Part shown: positions 54,084 to 64,000 of the stretch, in pieces
How the letters are laid out: the number at the start of each line of letters is the position of its first letter
Numbering within the stretch: position 1 is the stretch's first letter
DNA from: Paramecium tetraurelia
Lineage: Eukaryota
Assembly (NCBI GenBank): GCA_000165425.1
Contig: CT868474.1
Location: forward strand, 62,001 to 126,000
DNA length: 64,000 nt
Direction: 5' to 3'
Notes under the pieces: model-generated
Told to the model about the DNA's origin: nothing
Database searches by the model: none
What the model saw: the letters and a program-made list of their open reading frames with translations, nothing else
Made by a program: the position numbers and the translations under genes

Positions 54084-54509
54084 GTCATTAAATATTATAC
54101 ATATAAAACACACAAACTAATATAATTCTGTTTTTGTAGTATTTCATCTTTATTAATACTATTTTATGTATTTGGAGAGATCAAGTTCAAATAATGAAGA
54201 AGTTTTAATATCTAAGTAATATTTTAAGCATTTTACAATTTTCTTAAAGGTAGCAAATTTAAGAATATTCTGAAAATTGTAATTAAAAAATTACATATTT
54301 ATAACTAAAATATCTCCAATTATTATGATAAATTATAAACCAAATTGTTGATTCTATCTTGGTATCAAGAAAGATTACATGTAATCTAAAATGATGTATA
54401 TATTAAAATGAATTAAATTGTTAATTATGATGTTTCATTATTTTAATTAAATTTAAAGTGTTATTAATTAGATTAAAATGTATAAACTACAATATAGTAA
54501 AGGATAAAA

Positions 54510-55358
54510 TCAGGCGTTTTAAATAAGTTCATCTCTTAACCTATTAAAGTTCTTTTTATCATATTTCTAAAAGTCTTCCAGATACTCAAGATCTAAGTTT
54601 GTTTAAGATCTAAAATAACGAAAATATTTACTCAATCGAATTATTATTTAAATTAATTATCTTCTAATTCTAATTTCTTTATTGAGACAAATGAAACTTA
54701 GATTTAACAGTCTTTAGAAATGGCTTATTTTGATCATCCTATTTTTCAAATTCAGTTCTGCTCTTAACATACCTATTTCTTATTGATTAAAATTATTTTT
54801 TGATATCCTCTTGATTAGATAACTTAACTTAAATTGGGATGCTCTGTTATTTTTTATAGAATTGCAAACTGGCTTAGAATTATGACTTAAGAATTTTATT
54901 TTAAAATGGAATAGTAGGAAATGATGCCTAAGAAGGGATTATACTTAATTTACTTTTTGTTCATTTTAACTCTGATGAGCAAAATAGTTATCATAATTAT
55001 TCCTTTTTGATGTTGACTCCTCATTTTAATATTGAGTATTCTTAGATTTGCTAGGGAGAATCATTTTGACTACCTTTGGATCTAGTGATCTATTGGGTAA
55101 TTGTTCCATAAGTTAAATAGAGAGTGAATATGATAAGATCTAATTTTGGTTGATTTGTGGTTAGCGTTTCAACCTTATTTTTTTCATCTGCGTTTAGCAG
55201 GTATTAGAGTTAGAAGTAGTTCTTTTGAATTCATGCTTATATTATTTTAATTATAAAAAACTTCTATCATCTGATCTTCTTTTTGAATCCAATTGTTTTT
55301 ATGATTATTAATTTTGTGAAAATGCAAATACATCGTACCTTTTTAATCGTAAATCCAT
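54510..55358 (-). CDS. hypothetical protein
   Basis: 283-codon frame open under the ciliate code from MDLRLKRYD; no recognisable motif. Confidence 0.4.
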
Positions 55359-55951
55359 TATAATTGTATATATAATAATTTATATTATAATATAATTTGT
55401 GTAATTCCATATAAGCACACGTAATTTGTGAAGCACTCTATATTTAATTTTGACAAAGTTGATTTCTTGTTTAATTCAAAAAATCTAATCTATCAAGGAG
55501 GATCTTGATTTACTTTGAATATACATTGATCTATCATAAGAATAGTATATTTATTTTTTTTCAGTGAAATGTTGAAATTCTAACTAGAACCTTAAAATTA
55601 GTCTTACATTTTAAAGTGTGTTTCTGACATCTCTATTAGACAATAAAAGAGGAAGGAGATCTGGGTTGAAATGGAAAATCATTCTTTTTTGTTTAGTAAT
55701 ATTGTGTCATTCAACCAATTCCTCAAATTTAACGATAATTGATCTAATTTGAGTATGGAGAGTTCAGGAATAGATTGGGATTTATTCAATTAATATTTTT
55801 TTGGGAATGTAAACATAATCAGAATATTTCGGATAATGCATATTATTCTTATATTTGAATGATAGAGCAATTAATTTATTTTTTGCTATTTAAGAACTCA
55901 CGGAATTCTTAAATTTATAATAAAAATAAATTAAAAGAAAAACCATCTTTC

Positions 55952-58900
55952 ATGGGACACTTATCAGCATTACTAAGAAAAAACTGGATATTATGGAAAA
56001 GAAACTGTTTCTGCTCGAGCTGCGAGTTGATTTTGCCATTGTTACTAATTCTTGCATTGGGAGGAATAAGGTAATTCTTAACTTTATTGTAGGTCTGCTG
56101 TCGAAAAAGAAGACGTTGCAGAGGCTAATTTTTACGATCCTAACAATCTGAAAGATTGGAATGGTCCTCCTTTTCTAGTTTAGCTCTAACCTTACATAGA
56201 TGAATAAAGAATCGAATAAAACCTCATTCAATTTAGACTTAGAAATTAGTCAGCTAGTGTTGTGGAAAACCTGATGTAGTTGAACACGAAAAGTCGACTT
56301 CAAGTACTGCCACCTATGAAGTAATAAATCAATAGTATAATAGGAACTGTTTGGATAATTATAGATAGGATTAGAAAAGATAATGGAGAAATGGTGATAT
56401 AGCAATGGGTCCAAGTGCTGATCATCCAATAGTAAAGGAACTGACTGAAGTTTTCAAAAGTAAAATGATATTAGTATTCATTAGAGTATTATAATTACTC
56501 AGTCGTGATATTTAAAGACAATAAGGAGTTGGATGATTATACTTCTTCATCCAAATATGGGGATCCGGATTATCCCAGGGTTTGTTTTGGTGTAATGTTC
56601 AATGAATCCTCATCAAATGTCTATGATTATTCACTGAGGTTCAATTCTAGTGGTATGATTAACAATGAAATCCCCCCTACGAATTTTGTTGATATTGATC
56701 CTATTAAATATGAGGATTTGGACAAGGCCAATGAATATTTGGAATCAGGATTTTTGACTGTTCAAAACTTTATAGACAACATAATTATAAGAAGAGAGGT
56801 GGCAGCTGATGCTAAGATCACCCCAACTTATTCGTTTAGTAAGTTATTATCTAATGCTTTAAGTCCACAGGAGAGAAGGAGTGATTGACGATTTTGCTTC
56901 TTTCTTGAGAGGAGGCTTCGGTATCTATCTAATATTGCCACTGATGATCATCTATTTGAGAATGACCTATGGTATCATCTACGAGAAGGAGAAGAAGCTT
57001 AGAGAAGGGATGAAGATGATGGGTTTGAATAACACATCCTTTTATCTCTCATGGATTATACAGTACTTCATCATTTACACCTTGATTTCAATAATAGCAA
57101 CTATTCTACTTAAGGGAATGGTGTTCAAAAACACTGATGGATTTGTACTATTCATAAACTATTGGCTATTTTGTATGGTTCTCATATTCCAATCGATGTT
57201 TATAAGGTAATTAAATGTAAATTAAATTTTTAGTGTGTTTTTCACTCGAGCCTTGTTTGGACTGATTGTAGCAATCGTCTGGTACTTGTTGATGTACATG
57301 GTAATAAGTTTGGTTGGAAGTGGTTAAAATCTGGTCCCAGAAGCAACCTATTGGGGGGCGTCAGTTTCGAGTCACGCGGGTATGTCATTCGCATTTGACG
57401 TTATGATTCTGTTTGAGGCCCAAGGAAGAGGAGTGTCAATGTCGACTCTGAATACAAAGGTGGAAAACTACTCTGTCAATATAGCCTTGTCGATGCACAT
57501 TCTAAATATCTTCTTTTACTTGTTGATGTCCATCTACTTGGATCTTGTGTTCCCAAATGAATGGGGTAAGAAATTGCATCCCTTGTTTTGTATTCCCTAT
57601 TTCAACAAGCCACACAGAAGTGAGAACCAATTAAATAGGAAGGCATCCTAGATTCATTAAGAGAGATATGAGGAAGTTGAATAAGCATTGAAAGATCAAG
57701 AATCCAGAAAGGAAGTTCTACAAATCTAGAATCTCACTAAAATCTATCCTAGTGGCAAATAGGCTGTGAGTAATGTAAATTTAACAATGTACATTGGGTA
57801 AATTTATGCCTTGTTGGGACATAATGGAGCTGGTAAAACCACAACTATCTCAATGTTGACTGGTTTATTAGATATCACTGAAGGTTAAGCAACAGTATTT
57901 GGATACGATGTTGAAACATAAATTGAAGATATCAGATCATTCATGGGAGTGTGTCCTCAACATGATATTCTTTTTGATAATTTGACAGTCAAAGAACATT
58001 TGGAAATGTTTGCTACCTTTAAGGGAATGAAACCTGAAGATATCCCAGCTGCTGTTAGAAGAATGATTGAAGATGTTGATTTATTAGAAAAAACTGATTA
58101 TCTGAGTAAGAATTTGTCAGGTGGACAGAAAAGAAGACTGTCAGTTGCTATGGCCTTTATTGGTAATTCCAAGTTAATCTATTTGGATGAACCAACATCA
58201 GGTATGGACACAAGTGCAAGAAGATACATTTGGGAAATGCTTAAGAATTATAAGGAGGACAGAATTATAGTGTTAACAACTCATTTTATGGATGAAGCAG
58301 ATTTCTTGGGAGACAGAATTGGTATCATGGGTGAAGGAAAATTGTAATGTTCAGGCAGTAGTGTATTTTTGAAGAATCAATTTGGAAATGGATACAATTT
58401 AACAATTGTGAAGGAGAGTACATTGTCAGATTCAGAACCAATTATCGAATTAATTTAAAAGATTTGTCCTGAGTCAATTTTGATATCTAAAGTGTCAGCA
58501 GAAATCTTGTTGTAGTTGCCCCTATAAGCAATATAGAAATTCCCATAACTCTTTGCAGAATTAGATAAGAATCTGAAACCCTTACACATGTAAAGTTATG
58601 GAATTAGTATTACCACCTTAGAAGAAGTGTTCTTAAAAGTGGCTTAAATTGGAGCTGGCCATAATCAAGTGAATGATTATATGGAAAAGGAAGGTTAGAA
58701 TCAAGCAGCTATGCAAATAGATGACTTTGATATCAACTAAATCAGAATTGTAAGTTCTGTCTAATTGTTCTTCAATCACACTCTTTCATTGATCATAAAG
58801 AGATCTCGATATTTCAAGAGAGACATTAGAAGTTTGTGTTGTGAAATCTTGTTGCCTTGCTTGGTTGTGTTGTTAGGTTTGATTCTTATGACAATTGAAT

Positions 58901-61388
58901 TCATCACTTAACCAGAAGTTGTCCTATTGACTCCCCCTTCAGAATGCTATTCAACTGACGTAGGTTATTTGTGGGGAGGCATCTAAGACAATACTCTATT
59001 CAACAGTATGCAGATGAAATTGTATGATGAAAAATAACAAGTCTTTGGAGACCCAACATTGAGTAATTTAGAGAAAATAGATATGAATTATTTTGAAACC
59101 TCAGATTTAAGATCAGACATAGGATGGTATTATTTGACATAAAATACTAATAACGATTTCCAGTATTACATGTTTGTCAATTCTGTTTTCAGAGAAGGTC
59201 CAGCTGTATTGCTTAATCAAATGAATTAAGCCATCCTCAAAAAATTGAAGGGAAATAACTATGAAATCAGAGTTACTAATTCTCCTATGAGAAGAACATT
59301 TGAAGAATTGCAGACTTAAAATACAATTTCTGGATTTTTGGCAGCGTTAGTATTTTCTATGGGGATGGCATTCATTCCTGCATCAATTATATCGTATATT
59401 GTGAAAGAGAGAGAAATTAATTTGAAACATTAATAATTGGTTTCTGGTGTGTCTGTCAAAGCATATTGGTTTAGTAATTGGCTAATGGATGTTGGAAAAC
59501 ATATCGTACCTTCCGTTGTTTGTTGTCTATTGATTTTGGCATTTGACATTTCAGCTATGATAGATGATGAAAACTACGGATTCTCTTGGCTCATCTTTTT
59601 CCTGTATGGTTGGGCAATCATTCCATTTTGCTATTTATTCAGCTTCGTCTTCAGATAACAAGGTAATGCTATGCTTTTGAGTTTCTTCTTGCATTTAGTT
59701 GTTGGATCTATCATCAGTTTAGTAGTTTATATCCTAAGATTGATTCAATCCACCAGAGATATCGCCAAAGCATTGTAATGGATTTTCAGATTTATCCCAT
59801 CATTCTCATTTGCTTATGGAATTGTCAACTCCTGTTCCAAAGCTACTTATAAAGTTATTGAGGGCTGGCCTGAAATGAAAAGCACCTATGACATCGAAGT
59901 AGGAGGTGCAGATCTGATATTCTTGGCATTCACTGGTGTCTTATACATCATATTAGTGTTTATAGTTGAGTACTTCGAGGACAATGGTTAATTGCAAAAG
60001 TTGGGATCAAGTGAATAGAGCATTCCCTACATTCCTAAAACAATTGATGATGATGTTGCTAAAGAAAATTAATTATGCGAAACCTATCAACCAAATGAAA
60101 AAGCCATTCTTGTAAAGAAATTGAGAAAAGTATTCATGTTAGGAGCAGGAAAACACAAAGTTGCAGTTGATTAAGTCTCCTTTGCTATTGATTAAGGAGA
60201 AGTCTTTGGTTTGTTGGGAGTCAATGGTGCTGGTAAAACAACTACTTTCAAAATCTTATCAGGTGAATTAAAGCCAACTTATGGAGAAGCCTATATTGCT
60301 GGAAAGAGTGTCATAGATGATTTAGAGGCTGCAAGAGTCAATATTGGTTATTGTCCTTAATTTGATGCCTTGTTGGAAAATCTTACAGTGAGAGAACATA
60401 TTGAATTATTCTCTGATATCAAAGGAATCCCTTATTTCAAAAAAGAGGATTTAGTTGAAAAAAAACTAAGTGAAATGGATCTAAAGAGATTTGAAAATAT
60501 ATAAGCTGGTTAACTCTCTGGAGGAAATAGAAGAAAATTGTCTGTTGCTATTGCTATGATTGGAAATCCACCAATTGTCTTTTTAGATGAACCATCAACT
60601 GGTATGGATCCAGAAGCTAGAAGATTCATGTGGAATGTCATATCAAGAATTGCCACTCAGAGAAAATAGAGTACCATCATTCTTACTACCCATTCTATGG
60701 AAGAAGCTGAAGCATTATCCACTAAAATTGCTATTCAAGTCAATGGAAATCTCAGATGCTTGGGATCAGTACAACATATCAAGAATAAATTTGGAAAGGG
60801 ATACGAAATCGAAGTCAAATTAGAAAAACCCACTACCAACGAAATCAATGGATTGATATCCTAAATGTAACTACCTCTAGGTTCTCGTCTTGACTAATAA
60901 AAAACTATCGAAATTCTAAGATCATTAGGATAAACACCTTTAGAACAGGAGATCAATATGAGAGGTTCGGGATCCCATATTTATAATGATTTAAGAAAAC
61001 CAAATGGTCTGGCAATTGAAACCTTAGCAGAATTCATCATTGTAGAAGGAATGGGTCGAGTTCTCATGGATTTCATTCTAAAGTCCTATGGACAATTTGA
61101 AATTATCGAACACTTTTAGACATTTTATAGATTCCGACTTATGGGACAAGTAACTGTTGGTGGATTGTTCGATGGCTTTGAAAAAAATGTAATTATTTTC
61201 ATTAATTTTAATAGAAAAAAGTATTAAGAATTTCCCAGTATTCCATTAAGTAAGCTTCAATAGAGCAGATTTTCAATAACTTTGCTCAATAAGATCACAT
61301 TGAAAACTAAGGATAAATACAAAATCAATAAGCCGTCCATATTTAAATTCCTCCTAATCAATAGGAGATGTAGAACCTACAAAAATGA
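55952..61388 (+). CDS. ABCA-subfamily full-size ABC transporter
   Basis: [27 protein letters not shown] and two NBDs ([54 protein letters not shown]). Confidence 0.96.
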
Positions 61389-61435
61389 TTAATTTAAATT
61401 ATTCATATTGTTATATAAAATACAAACTTAGAAGT

Positions 61436-64000
61436 TCAAATCAACGGATTTTCAAAATTAGTATCGGCATTTTGTAATATATTAAAGATCTTAACATATT
61501 TGGCACAATCCCATTTTGTTTAAAAGTAAAAAAGATAATCAAGATCAGATTTTTTGGACCCTCCATCTAAGTTCATTATCTATAAATCCATAACTTTCAA
61601 TCCTTCATTAAATTCCTCTATATGTTCCTGTAATTCCTATCTCTACTCTTCAGTCATGTTTGCATTAGCCTACTACTACATTTAGCACAGAGACTCTCGA
61701 ATCTGAAAAGATATAAACAGTTTTTACTTGTTGTCCTTGGACATGTAAATGGATCTTGTAATTCTTTTACGTTACTTGAGTCTATAGAAAATCTTGATTG
61801 ACTTAAACTCCAATCACTTCAAGAACAATAAAGTAGGTATTATAAACTAATAGTAGACAATTCTTGTATCTTGTGTAGGACTCCTGCTTTTTAAAATCTA
61901 TTATGGTTTCATGAATAGGAATTTGATTAACAAAGGGATTATAAATATCTTTGAAAGTGAATTAATGGAGCATGACCATTTGAGCCACCCATGCTTTGAT
62001 TCCGTTGTTGACAGCCTCAGATAGTTTAGAAGAGTCAAATCTTTAACATAAATTACCAAATAGTTATTTTAGATTTTATCCTTTTTATATGAATATGATT
62101 CCCAGTACTTATGCTAAATTGACATATAACTAATATTATTATTTTTGTAAGAAATCGTTGCTTTAAAATAGAGTAGACATCGATGACAGTTTTTTATCTA
62201 ATTTTTGCATACACATGGTCAATTCATCAAAGAAGTTCTGGGCTCCAATTTATTTATAGATTTTGCGTAGAGCTGAGAATATTTATGTATAATCATCCTA
62301 TCTTAATTCAACAGCACACATCAGCATTTATTTAAACACTATTTGTATAGTTTTGAAGATGCTATTGACTAATTTCAATTGTTGCAATAATTGACTAAAT
62401 TATGTAATTAATGATAATACTTTTTATTGAGAGATTAAATGATTTCTTTAAAGTCACTCAGAATAATTTGAATGGTTTTATTAATTAAATAGCATGTTTC
62501 TAAGTATTCCTCTGGTTTTGGAGCAGAAAACAAAGGTTTTTTTTTTAATAACTTTTATTTCGATTCTATATCTTTAATGGCTTTCTTTATTTTTGTTAAT
62601 TTGGGTTCTAAAACAACAGGCAATTCATTGCTTTATCTTAATTACTTAATTATTTCTTCTTATACAAACTTTTAGAAATTAAATGTATTGTCACTATTGA
62701 AAAAGAATATCATATGTCTTCCAATCAATCTATAAATTTTAAACAATTTGATTGAAACACATGAGTTGTACCAATCTGAGGCAGCACATAGTTTAATGTA
62801 CCCAATCAATTTCTCCTTTTATTGCATTTCTGTTAAAGCATTGCAAAGTATTGATGCTTCAGGTGCAAAAATGATGGAAATGTAACAAGAATAGAGAAAG
62901 GCACTTGTAATTAAGGCAATCTTGCTCTTCTGACTGCGAGCAAGTGACATATATTCATAAAATTAGTCTTCAGAGAATGATTATAAATCCACCATACTAT
63001 TTGCCAAAATCTTCTTCTGTTGAACTACTTCAAAAAATTACGATGAATATCTTGATATATTTAAATCCTAATTTTGAGGATATCCAACCAATTTACTAAC
63101 AATAGCATGTTTACTTAAACTGGAAGTGACAACCTTTGATTGATACTCATTTCCTTCTGATTGATTTAAAGCCTCTAATGAAATTGTTTTTTCTTCTAAA
63201 TCTAAATGAACATGTTAAATAAGGGGTTATAGACAAGCAAGCAACCTGTCTACTCCATTCTGAGATGAAAATATAGTATGTTAGACTTCAAAAGCACTGA
63301 TCAAATCGTCGATGAGATCAAGAGATTTATAATTAGGGAACTTAACAATCTTCCAATCCTCCCACTATTCACAACATTGCTAATACAAGCTTCTTTTGTA
63401 TTGGCTTAAAATATCCTCCACAGATTAATTATTATCGTAATCGAAGTCTTCAGCCAGATTAACTTTATGCATCTTATGTTTCTTAGATTGCATTAAATCC
63501 TTTTAAGCTTATATTTCCTTCTCAATTTCAGCTCTCGCCTTAGTCAATTGTTATGTCTAGTAATACTTTTAAAAGTTGAGAATGTTGCTAATCTGCATCA
63601 AAACTCTAAAGAAGTTTAAGTGAGTAATATTAATACCAAAGTCAGCTAATGGATAATAAATCTCACTTACATTCTATGGATTGAAACAATGGCTAAATGA
63701 CTAGACAGATTGATTCTATCGACAATGGTGTTTTAATATCAGTCCCAGATTGATCTTCTAATCTTATTGCTTCTCCAATCTCAAAGAGAGCCTTTTGGTT
63801 AAAGAAATTATTTCTTAATTGGGAAGAGTAGAGATATTGAGTTAATAAATACACACAAGAAGCACTTAAGGCAATTTTTTATCTGGTTTGATTCTCATCT
63901 CCTCTTGTATCTCTACTCATATTTGTTCGTAATCTAAATACATATTATTGGATTACATTTTATATGCAACCACACATAAATTGGATGATGATGTATTTTA
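61436..64000 (-). CDS. 3' part of a large hypothetical alpha-helical protein (partial)
   Basis: Frame stays open across several 23-26 nt introns and ends ...FENPLI-TGA; no motif recognised. Confidence 0.65.

Noticed and set aside
61625..61710. Apparent in-frame TGA or frameshift near the end of the last gene
   Set aside because: Resolved by a 25-nt intron GTAAAAACTGTTTATATCTTTTCAG on the minus strand.

Overview
Very AT-rich, gene-dense eukaryotic DNA read with the ciliate nuclear code (TAA/TAG = Gln, TGA the only stop). It has tiny (about 22-31 nt) GT..AG introns and intergenic gaps often under 100 nt, which is typical of a Paramecium macronuclear chromosome. The supplied ORF track treats TAA/TAG as stops and therefore fragments nearly every gene. 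Manual re-translation gives about 30 genes: two Myb proteins, AGC and GSK3 kinases, a kelch protein, a cytosolic carboxypeptidase, a trichocyst matrix protein, a CDF zinc transporter, two CNBD K+ channels, a cyclin, a PAS membrane protein, RPL27A, glycerol kinase, DBP4/DDX10, a GH3 glucosidase, an ABCA transporter and several hypothetical proteins. The most unusual object is a large anoctamin/TMEM16 fused to ankyrin repeats, a B-box zinc finger and an EF-hand, whose intramembrane Ca2+-binding residues look degenerate; its stop codon lies 2 nt from the stop of a convergent K+ channel. A stand-alone CCT-motif small protein and a small ET-like/Cys-His nuclear protein are also notable. No RNA genes, telomeric arrays, transposons or CRISPR arrays were seen. 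All coordinates come from hand translation and exon boundaries are approximate.
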